From the NCBI GenBank assembly GCA_973895155.1, contig OZ316894.1, positions 14,808,599 through 14,872,598 on the forward strand: DNA of 64,000 nt, read 5' to 3'. The stretch is from Marsupella aquatica. Lineage: Eukaryota > Plantae > Marchantiophyta. Shown here piece by piece: positions 28,319-38,955 of this stretch. The translations under genes were made by a program, and so were the position numbers. The notes below the pieces were generated by a model. The model did no database searches and was not told the DNA's origin. It worked only from the letters and a program-made list of their open reading frames with translations. Position 1 is the first letter of the stretch; each line of letters starts with the position of its first letter.

Positions 28319-29169
28319 CACAAAGCTGAAACTGTTGTTAGAATGTACTCTTAGACGACAAATAGAAATTGGGAGCAGTAGAGGATGTCAGTTGCAGCTC
28401 TACCTTTGCCAGTGATACACTCTCACTGTTTGCAACACTCTGGCAAAGTCTGAGCTCAAACCGCAGCCGATTGCCCTTCCAACTCGAAGTGAAATTTCGC
28501 CCCAAGCTCAGAATCCCGAAACTGGACACGTAGCAGATCGTGCATGCTAAAGTGCATACCAAACGATGTCGGTTGCAGCTCTAACTTTGCCAGTGATACA
28601 TTCTCGCTGTTTCCAATGCTCTGGCAAAGTGTGAGCTTAAATCGTAGCCAATTTCCCTTCCAACTCGAAGTGAAATTTCGCCCCAAGCTCAGAATTGCGA
28701 AATTGGAGACGTAACAGATCGTGCATGCTAAAGTGCATATCAAACGATGTCGGTTGCAGCTCTAACTTTGCCAGTGATACATTCTTGCTGTTTCCAATGC
28801 TCTGGAAAAATCTGAGCTCAAACCGCAGCCGATTGCCTTTCCAACTCGAAGTGCCTGAAGAGCTCAGGTTGGCTGTTTCTAAATTGTACCAAGAAGTGCG
28901 CATCAAACTTTCAAAGGAAACCTCTGAAGAAATCTGGAGCACTCTTGGGGTGATCCAAGGTTGTCCTCTCTCAAGTGAAATTTCACCCCGAGCTCAGAAT
29001 CGCGAAACTAGAGACGTAGCAGATCGCGCATGCTAAAGTGCATACCAAACGATGTCGGTTGCAGCTCTAACTTTGCCAGTATGCTATCATGGAAGTACTG
29101 AATGGCACATTCACAGTTCACTCCTTAAGGACACAATCAAGATCCAGATACTACAAAGCACATACTCTA

Positions 29170-29830
29170 CTTGACCCAGGACTTGACCAAGGAAAGGACT
29201 TGTTTGCAGAAGGGAGAAATTACTTGAATCACACCCACTCCTCAAAAAGGAGAATCACTCCTTCTCTAAGGACATGCACTCCCTGTTCGACTCCTTTTTC
29301 GAAGACGTCTACTACTTTAAGAAGGACATGCACTCCTTTCCAAAGGACAAACACTCCTAAATGAACAGTCCTTTGGAAAGGAGTAACACTCCTTTTACAA
29401 GGACCGAAAGTCCTTTCAAAAGGACTATTGCTCCTTTGTCAAGGACCAACTGTCCTTTCAAAGGACTAGTGCTCCTTTGTCAAGGACCATCAGTCCTTTA
29501 AAAAGGACATGCACTCCTTAACAAAGGAGTGACACTCCTTGACCAAGGACATGCACTTGCTTCAGAAGGACCTGAACTCCTTGGAAAAGGAGTCAGACTC
29601 CTTTCACAATGGACATGGACTCCTTGAAAATTGACACCCACTCCTTCACGAAGGCCACCCAGTCCTTAACAAAGAAGAACAACTAAGAGGTAAAAAAATG
29701 GTTGACAAGGGCTCACAGTCCTTGACAGAGCAGATTTCAGAACTCGTTTAATTGACACAAGTCATGAACTAAGTGTAAAAGGACTGTACAAGACTCGCTC
29801 CTGTGTACACTCCTTTCAAAAAGGACCAGA
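29170..29830. repeat. Degenerate AAGGA(C/G)/(C/G)TCCTT repeat field, likely a DNA-transposon subterminal region
   Basis: Alternating aaggac/aaggag and actcctt/gtcctt motifs with about 20-bp spacing. Confidence 0.75.
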
Positions 29831-30595
29831 CCCCTCATCTAAGATTACTCAGATTAGAGAGTGACCGTGCTATTACCAACAAGACTTTGCTAAAGGTTCC
29901 TCATCATTTGCACATGACATTTGCCAATAGAGGGTTTAGTGAAGACTTACCAGTGAGAAACTGAGAATTGCTCAAAAATATGATTTGCGGCTGGTCTTTC
30001 GAAGCTGCCCAAAGAGCATAGAGGAAGTTTTAAACACAAAAGGCATGAAAATCACGATATGCGCATTGCAAAATGCACACCACATCTTCAACAGCCACAG
30101 AATGTACGACTTAAAACGTTATCCGAGGCATATTGTAAAGCTTCTTCTTTGGCCTAGCATCTACACCATCGCAATTTGGTGGAGGTATTGTCGGTCCATA
30201 AGGGCTTGGAGTCTTCAGTGAAGAGTATGTCTTAAAGGTGACATCTGCCTCTGGGGAAAATGGGAGAGTGGCACTAGGCGTTAGCACATGTTGACCAGGC
30301 TTAGCACTCAACAACGGTATTAATTTCACCTTCCTGCTAGAATCTACATCACACTTCCATTTTTTCCCTGAATCCTCATCCTCAACCTTTGGTGACAACA
30401 TGACCATCTTGGATGATCTGTCTTCACCACCGCAATCCTCAATAGCTGCATCCTCAACCGTGGAAGAAGGTGTTATAGAAGCCAAGAATCGCTCAACAAT
30501 CTCTTGCAAATCCTGCTCCACAACAGCAGACCATGTTCCATAAGAAGCAGTACACAGTGAACAGTGCTCAACATCCATTCATAACCCATCCATCT

Positions 30596-33500
30596 TGTGA
30601 CGCCGCCGGTACGGCGGTTAATGAGTGATTCGGTCTAACTGCGCTCGGCACGCGCGTTAGGAGTATCTTAGACCGCTATTATTAGCATAACGACAGTATT
30701 TAGGTAATCATTATGGGTAGGATATCATTAGGCAATAAGGGGGAATTCAGGTTCGGACTGGCGGCTGGTCGCTATTCGCACACCCGGGTTACGAGCGTGG
30801 AGGGGCCCCTCCCCCGGGTCCGTATAATGAACTTAAGGAAGCGGCCACTGACACGCGCTGACTCAGACCGGCGGAGTGGCCGGCACACCACAAGCGTGAG
30901 CGGTTCAGCCTATGGGCGTCGAGGAGACGTCGGGGGATCGACAAGCCCTCAAGGTATAAAAGGGGAGCCAACCCTTTGTAGTGCACCAGTCCATCAGTCC
31001 ATGCGCCAGCTTCGACCCCAGCTCTCTCGTTCGCTCTAAGTCGCCATTACTATCTCCTCTGAATGTCGCACACGATCCTCTCCAGCTCGGCCATTCGATT
31101 CTGGATGCAGTTCCTATCTACCGGAAGGCACTTGGCCGACTCATTGAAACACGCCAACCCGCGCTGATACGAAATCGAATGCGAGTACGAGAGAGCCATC
31201 CGCCTAGCAGGACGACACCACTACATCCTTAACTTTGACTACCCGTCTTAGAGCGAGCTTTACCGACCTGCAGAGGTATCCGGGTACTTCTTCAACGGAG
31301 ACAAATATATCGGGTTCTGGGAAGCATTGCTTCGGCTTCCGGACAAGGTCTTCAAAATCCCGGGTACGATCGACTTGCAGTGACATCACTTCGACCACAT
31401 CCCTGCTCAGGTTCAGGCTATCATCAACAGCGAGTCCAGCACTACCCGTTCGACAAGGTCGTCTGCACTCGCTTTGGAGAACTTCTACCAGCACCTACAG
31501 AGTTTCATAGGAACTCGGCCAGCAACCAACATGACCAACTCAGTCGTACCCGTAACCGTACCCATACAACCTCAGGCTCAGCTTCAGCTTCAGCCTCAGC
31601 CGCAGCCTAGCCAAACCCCACCACCAATCGCCCAGCCAGCACAAGTACGCTCCATCATCAACGCTGTGGATATTAGCAATGACGACGAGGCTACCCTACC
31701 CTTGACCAGGCGGCCAAGAGGAGCAAGCGCTCAGGAGGCCGACACTATATCGTCCCCACCCCCTGCTCTGACCCCAGGAGTGGCCCCGGCAGACAACATG
31801 GTGACCGTGGCCGACCCGGGCCCGTTACTAACGGCAGTGGCACTACCCAGGCCCGATCGGGAGGATGGGGAGGTGTCACCTTCCCCGAGCCAGTCACGGG
31901 GGAAGAAGAGGAAGGAATCCGCCACTGCATCCGGGTTACCGTTGGCCACGGTAGCCGTGGCCAAGGTGACGATGCACCGCATGGGGGAAAACGTTCACAA
32001 AAACATCCTCCATCCCAAGCATGCGGTGTACCTGAAGACTCAGGGATTCGAGCACCTCGTCTCCCTCCCCTGGAACACTTGCAGGTACTACGGGGAGGAC
32101 ATGACGGAGTTCGTCAGGAATTATGACGACGCGCGTCAACATACTCGGCTGCGGGGAAGGAGTATGTCCCTCACGGAAGAACGGCTCAGGATGATCTTCG
32201 GATTACCCGAAGGTGACCATCGAGTTGAATCACGGGCTCCCGGGGGCAAGGGAGCCAAGTACCAATCTTCAAGTTTTCCCTCAGAGGGAGCAGTGGACAA
32301 CGGGTTCGTGATGAAGACCTACCTCATCCCCAAGATAGCTGAGCGACTGGAGTTCCAGAGGTACGCCCTCCACATGATGGAACCCCAGGGGGAGATCTCC
32401 GCCGCCCAGGTTATCCAGGTCGAGAACTATCGACCTAGGAGGTGGGCGTCGTACTTCGCTAGGAAATTCCATGAAGAGATGGAGCGGCGAAGGAAGACGC
32501 TGTACATTGGCGGGAAGGCGTATTTCGCTAGCCACATCGAGATCATTCTTGAGTGGTACGCCCGGTTTGATCGACAAACCCTTCCCCATGTCAACGTTAC
32601 AAAGCTGGTCCCAGCTAGGTGGGTTTTCCTGGCCTTGGAGAGGCGGCCCCAACCCGAGGCCCAAAGTCCAGCGGACACGCCAGCTTCACCCACCCCACCT
32701 CCACAAGTAGCTGTAGTCGTAACCGAGGAGGTACCGGATGGGTCGGGTGTCGCAACCGTTGATGCGACCCAACAGGCCGGGCTAAGTACAGAAGTCGGTA
32801 CGGCGGAGGTCTTACCCGAACCCGGTTCTCCCAAAGACCCACCGGTGGCTATCCCGGAGAACCGGACATTGCTATAGGAGGACGCTCCAGCCCCTTCCAA
32901 CGTTACGTTCCCAGGGCTGGACGTCACTGCCCCGGCCCCCGCGCGTGTTGACGTCTGCCCGTGCCCAACTCCGGACAGGCACAACTTGGACCACCCAGAA
33001 CTTTTTGTACCGGGTACATTTCTGAACGGGCTTCTGGAAGATTTCTCTCATCAGATTGCCCGGGATACCGGGGAGTTCATGGCCCGGAAGGTAGCCTATT
33101 TCTTCAATCAGGAGTTGGTTGCCGCAGTAAAGGCAGGACGGGCCCAGTCAGAGGCCCTTTAGAGGATAGAGCGGTACCGGGTGGAGTCCGTGTACCTAAA
33201 GAACAAAGTTGCGGCTCAAGAGGCTGAGCTTCAGCAACTACAACCCAAGGTTGCAGCCGCCGATGAGTTGCTAGCAAAGGCGCACGCTCTTACCGCCCTA
33301 GCCGAACAGGCCAAAGCTGGGAACGAGGCCGAGATTACACAACTCCAAAACCAGATTGACAGTTTGAAGAATCAAACTGTCACCTGGCAGAAAGACCTGG
33401 AGGAGGCCGAGGAATAGGCCCAACGGGACACGGCGGAGATAGCCACGCTGCAGGCCGAGGTGGCGCGGCTCCAAACCGAGGCCGAGAAGCAGGACCAGCT

Positions 33501-34590
33501 GGCGGGTAAACTGACAAGTGACGCCCAGTAGTTGGAGGAGGCTTGTCAGGAGGCAGCAGAGGAGACGGACGCGGCAAGGCGAGAGAACGAATCTCTGCTG
33601 GACCAGGTCTAGCTCCTCAAGGCGGACAATGACAGGCTTCGAAGGCAGCGGGATGGCCGCTCCCATTCAGGCGGCTCTGGCAAGCGTGCCAGGCATTAGC
33701 GGCGGAGTAGGAATAGATTAGGATTAGGACTAGCTTAGTCAGGTTCTTGGGACAGGCACCTGCCTTCGGTACAGCATTGCTGCCATGCTGTCCAGCTTGC
33801 ATAGATTAGGATCTTCTAATAAGACACAGTCGTTTCCGGCCTGACTGTCAGCTTAGTTAAGACCTTAGTCAGCGAATCTTCGGCGAGAGGACACCCCGTC
33901 CCTCGTCCCTTAGTATTTAGTGCACCCCTTGGTAGAGGCAAGGGGGGGTTTTTAGTTGCAGAGTTGGGCGTCCGCGGTAGATGCGGGGAGTCCCGACCTC
34001 TAGGAATGAAAGAGTACCAAGGGGAGGGGGTAGGACTAAGCTCGTCGGGCGAGTGTGGAGCCGGGCTCCGTTGTAGTGTGCACCCTCGGCCTTGAACCTG
34101 TTCATTCCGGGGCTGTCGGGTCAACTAAGTGTACGCGTATGTTCCCTCTGTAGTAAAATCCTTTCCCATCATTTTCCTTCGTGTAAATCGAGATTGTATG
34201 CATGTGCGCGTGTATGTGTGTGGGTTTCTCATATATGGGTGGCAGCGCCAGGCCGAACGCACTACCTGAGACATGCACAGGGTGCAGCCTAAGTGGTTGC
34301 GAGCACGGGTTGAGGACCTGTATCATCAAATCCGGATCGAAGGCGGATAGCACGAAGGCTTAGAAGCCCTTAAGCCGGGGTCGATCCTGCTATCGACTAA
34401 GGTACGTTCCGGCGGCAGAACACAAACCATACCTAGGAGGTGTCCGTATTTAGCAGTATGCACACTTAGCGCTAGTTTACGAGAGTAAGGTGCATTATGT
34501 GCTTCCCTTCCTGCCTGAACCCTCAGATTTACGAGGGATGTGCCCGTCTAAGCTGAAGTCTGAGTTAAGGCCGCAGCCGATGACGTGACA
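30596..34590 (+). mobile_element. 3995-bp solo-LTR-like insertion
   Basis: TGTGAC...GTGACA ends, perfect 5-bp TSD CATCT (30591-30595, 34591-34595), TATAAAAGG at about 30955, GC-rich, no gag/pol and no terminal direct repeats. Confidence 0.85.
31063..33699 (+). pseudogene. 878-codon ORF inside the solo LTR (plant-mobile-domain-like core, low-complexity linkers, C-terminal coiled coil)
   Basis: One frame from ATG 31063 to TAG 33699 with no frameshift, broken only by in-frame TAG/TGA codons; contains IFGLPEG and RWASYF motifs. Confidence 0.75.
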
Positions 34591-34628
34591 CATCTCCAAA
34601 GATTGCAAATTCATCAATTGAAAGCCAA

Positions 34629-36558
34629 CTAGCAATTAAAGTGCAGATCAGTGTGGATACCTTTCCTTCGATTGAGACCATAGTTCACCAACTGTCGCCT
34701 CTGGGCCAATCGCCTACAGTTCTTCCCATATAGGTCCTCCACTTCCATGGCCATTGGGTGATGCTCCAGGGCTATATGAGTGCCCTCTTTGTAGCCTTGC
34801 TCATCATCTAAACCCCAGGTTTGTAACCAGTCATTACTGAAAATTGCCCCGCATGCCTTGCATTGTGGGCCGCTCGTACATGAATGAATATAAGTAAACA
34901 AACATGCAGGATGATATGTGTGCCCACATGATGCTGGGATCCAATTGTAGCAATGGTATCCATTGCAACAAATTGGACAACTTGATACAGATACTCTGCT
35001 AAAACTTGTTTCAGTGGACGTAAGGGTATAACGTGGCATCACTGCAGGACATGGGTTGCATAAAATGTCTGCCACAATCGCAAGCTCTACTTCCTAATGC
35101 TTCAAATTAGATTCAATCTTTCGGCGTTCTGCTGTTAACTTGTTAGATAAGTCAAACATCCGGGACATCATTTTAGGCACACTCTCGTCATACTCTTGTT
35201 TTCTCTGTAATCTTTCCTTCACACTATGCAAATCCCGTCGGGTGGCTTCCAACAGGCTAGAAAGCTGGATGACTGTACTCTCGTGAGTTCTTAGCGTTGT
35301 CCCCATCAAGGCCAACAAGTCGTTGTTAACCTGCAATATCAACATTTGAAACAATCACATGTCTTGCCACAAGGTCCATCGCCTAAAGCCCACATTGAAG
35401 TCCACAACCGCAAACAAACGGGTCCTGAACAGAGAAAGGACATGATCCTAGCAAGATGAAGGAGGAAATCTCAAAGTACCTCTTCAATCGCCTCTCCTTC
35501 ACCCTGCTTGTTGGATTCCAACTCAATGTCGGTCGTTAGTTCTTCCACTACAATTTCTTCTGCATCAATTTCATTGGAGATTTTATCTTCTTGAAGTCGT
35601 AGGTTCTCAATCTCTTGCTGTAATGAGCTCTCCACATCATCACGTCCCGACTGAATTACCTTCAGTTTGTCCATGGTAGAATGGACCTTGTCGAACCTCT
35701 TGTTCACAGACACGAGCTGACCCCTCATTTTAGATATCTCGACTTCTATGGCAGATACCAGAACGTTCTTCACTTTCAAGGGAATCTGTCTCTTCTCGGA
35801 TGGACGAACACATAGAATAGGTGTGGGAGGAGGTACTGTCCTAACCTTAGTCAAGCTGCAACTGCCAAGCTCCTTGGGCACGACACTTTTAGGGCTCTCA
35901 AAAAGTGCTAACTGTCCGTCACAGACGACGGGTTTAGTCTCTGACGAAGACTTTGGAGCTGAATACAGTTGAGGCTTTCTAACACAAGGAGGGCCATCAG
36001 GCCTACCTTTCCCATCTCGTGACCACTGAGTTACCTGACCCTTCAGTTTTGTCGATGCATAAGCTGCCCAGTTTACCTTTCTATGAAGCACCCGCTCGGC
36101 ATAGGCACCTTTGACAAACGTATGAGATAGAATTCCATTAACAGGCTTCTCATACCCGTCCACCACTTGAGACAGTGCTAAAATCTCATCAAGAGGAATA
36201 CCCGTGCAAGTACTTAGCTTATAGCCATTCCATTACCATTACCATTACCATTCCTTGTTACCTCACCAAAGCATGCACTCAACTGTTCCTCGGTGAGATC
36301 TAAAATCTTGTGCGGAGTTTCACCCTCATTGGGGAGACCAAAGTTTGTAGCAAACCAGGCTGCATCCTTGTAGAACTCGGTCGGAGACCAAGTTACATCA
36401 AAGCTCTGGCCTTTCACTTTCTTAGCTGCTCTTGGCAGTTGAGCTTTGGTGTTTTCCTTCGTGATGCCTGTCTCAGCTTTTGCCAGGACATTGGATACTC
36501 GCTGTATCGACTTGACATCCACCCCTCCATCAACTGTCAATGGAGAAGTGGTATCCAT
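34629..36558 (-). pseudogene. TE-associated gene: FGLP..G/VNWA domain, coiled coil and RING-H2 finger; probably continues at 30111-30590 beyond the solo LTR
   Basis: CPIC...CGHTYHPAC...CKAC RING-H2 pattern; GT-AG intron at about 35331-35479; frameshift near 36200; in-frame TAG at 35094. Confidence 0.65.
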
Positions 36559-37011
36559 CGAACTCTTCCTGAATAAACAAAAAAACTGTGACTAAACACT
36601 CAATAAGACCTCTGCCCATAATATGTAAAGGTACGCCTCACAGGATGGACTAAACTACACGAAGCGATAGCCTATATAGGAATATACATAAATTTGAAGT
36701 TTGAGCTATACCTTCTAGCCACGATAACAAAATTAAGTCCCCTCTGATGTCTGCTTTGCAACTCACCGAGTAGTTTCCACCGAGCAGCAACCAGCTAGTA
36801 ACGAGCAGTAATCCTACACCGCAATTAAGTAGCTCGCAATCCGCCAATGCCCAGCAATCAACGATCCCCCAATGCGCAGCAATCCACGATCCCCGATGCA
36901 CAGCAATGACCAATCCCCCAATGCGTAGCAATCAACAAACCGTCAAGCAGCAATCCTCTATCAATTGGCAAATCCGCAATGCTCAAACCCCCATTACCAC
37001 ATACGCTCTAT

Positions 37012-37195
37012 GGATAGAGCTCCGCCCAGGTGAAACTTGAGTGAGAAATGGGCGGATAGAGCTTCGCCCAAGTGAAACTTCAATGAGAAATGGGCGGATA
37101 GGGCTCCGCCCGAGTGAAACAAACTGTGCAAGTGAGAAATGGGCGGATAGAGCTCCGCCCAAGTGAAACAAGTGCAAGTGAGAAATGGGCGGCCC
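37012..37195. repeat. About 4 tandem 41-49-bp units with the hairpin GGGCGGA-tagagc-TCCGCCC
   Basis: Direct repeats containing an internal palindrome. Confidence 0.9.
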
Positions 37196-37299
37196 AAGCT
37201 TTCTGTGAGCGGGAAGTTTTGTGGACAACTGTACAACTCTCGCGTTGGCCGCACTTCTCTTCTCAAGGGATTCAAATTGGCAGAGAACTCTGCGCGTTT

Positions 37300-38955
37300 G
37301 GAGTCCTCATAATGTCCTGGCCCCACCAATGTCATTATTAAGTCTTAAGTACGTTTTGTCTCAAAGTGAGTTCAAAACGTCCTTGGCGGCTCAAGATCCT
37401 TGTCATCTCAACCATTCATGTGCCAAGGATTGCGAGGACTGCCATCCCAGAATCCCAGTCCTTTTTGCACATTTTGGTACCCCTCAATCATGCTTTCCAC
37501 CAGCTTGAATCACTATCACCCGCTAATGTGTCCAGACCAGAGAGATCAACCACTCTTGTAACAGGATCTTCAGAAGTTGAGGGAATGAAGGCAAAGTCAA
37601 TTCTGTTGAGGTTTTTTCTTTTCAAGCCTTGAGTATTTGGTGTGGTTATGAGAACAGTGCCATGCCAATGGGAGTCTTATGGCGAGACAATCCCAGTTGC
37701 AGGTCCCTTCCTCTTCATTGACTTTGTCACTATATCTTCGTTAAGGGGATGAGTTCTTTCCAAATCAAAGTCCGCCGCATTGGAAAGAAGCATATTGGTC
37801 GCATCTTCAAATAACCTCGACAAACCTGCTTGATTGGCGGAATGGAACGCCAATTCCCATATAGTTGGCCCCTTTTCTCTGTTCAACCCTTTTTGGTATG
37901 CACTATATCCCGCAATTTGCGATAGAGCATGGTTTGATCAACTTTGCAAGCTTAAAAAAGACCAACCTTTTTCTTCATAGCCCATGCTTTCATAGAGGCA
38001 TGCCTTGATTCTAACACTGTACAGTTGGGAATCAAGGCACCTTCTTCTGCGCTTTTGCTCTACCATAGTACAAATTCAACAATAAGTGACATTCTATTAC
38101 CAGCGCCTGGCGCTATCAAGGACAATTATGTAATATAGACATCAAATACAATTTGAATCTCTGACTCTTGAAATTTGTTGACATATGGGCTTCAATGTAT
38201 TGCATTCATTGTTTCAACATGTGAATTACGTGAAAATAAAACCAGTGTCTGGCGCTAGTCTAAAGTTGATGTACAATGACAGACAAGAGAGGAGATATAT
38301 ATCATACCACTGGAATAAAATTCCCCCACTGGCGCCAACAAACAACCCACCAGGATATCCAGCTTTTTAGCATCATGAGCTTTCCTGGTACACAGTTTCC
38401 TGATTGCCACCACACCACAATCTATCGAGACACCTGATACACCACCACAAACATTGGAGCATTTCTTAGTTTCTCCCACAACCTCCGATGTTCCGATTGA
38501 CATTTTTCCAATACTCCTTCCTTGGAATGTCGATGAAAAGATTGATAAAAGTAAAATGCATCAGAGCGCTCTCGCTCCGGGGCTGGGTGTCCACCAAAAA
38601 AACATTGTGGACAACATTCCATCCCACTTGTGCATTGTCCACCATAAACCCTTGGATGACAACATCGTATAATCCATTTTCCTTGCAAACCTCTATCGTA
38701 ACTCTCCAAGCCTTTTCAAAAGACTTGGTGTCTTCACCTTTCAACTCACATGTGAAAATTGTACAAAGAGCACGGAAGTTATGGTCGTAGACGTGCGCAC
38801 TAAAAGTAAACCAATCGGTTGTCACAGGACGCATGACATCAAAACTCACCCAGGCTCCTTTGAGTCTTCCACCCGGTTGCATTTGCCGCAAAAGATCTAC
38901 ATCGGAACCATGACCCTTCATGGTCATTTTGGAGATGTGAGGCCTATCGTCTTGA
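37300..38955 (-). pseudogene. Mutator-like (MULE) transposase remnant, cut by the CACTA insertion at 38956
   Basis: WVSFDV...AHVYD...CELKGED...GFMVDNAQ..WN resembles a MULE DDE core; frameshifted. Confidence 0.55.

Larger units (their letters stand above)
25413..29080. mobile_element. Rearranged RTEX-like LINE copy 1: sense fragments 25413-26452, inverted 5' half 26450-29080
   Basis: Near-identical to 58787-64000; (CATTAC)n tails at 25998-26022 and 26432-26452; sense RT fragment 28848-28973 embedded in the inverted 5' UTR. Confidence 0.95.

Noticed and set aside
36226-36253. (CCATTA)n run identical to the LINE tail unit
   Set aside because: No LINE 3' UTR adjoins it; on the minus strand it encodes a Gly-Asn repeat in another gene
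37012-37195. CRISPR-like palindromic repeats
   Set aside because: Intervening segments are only a few related bases, there are no cas genes, and the context is eukaryotic
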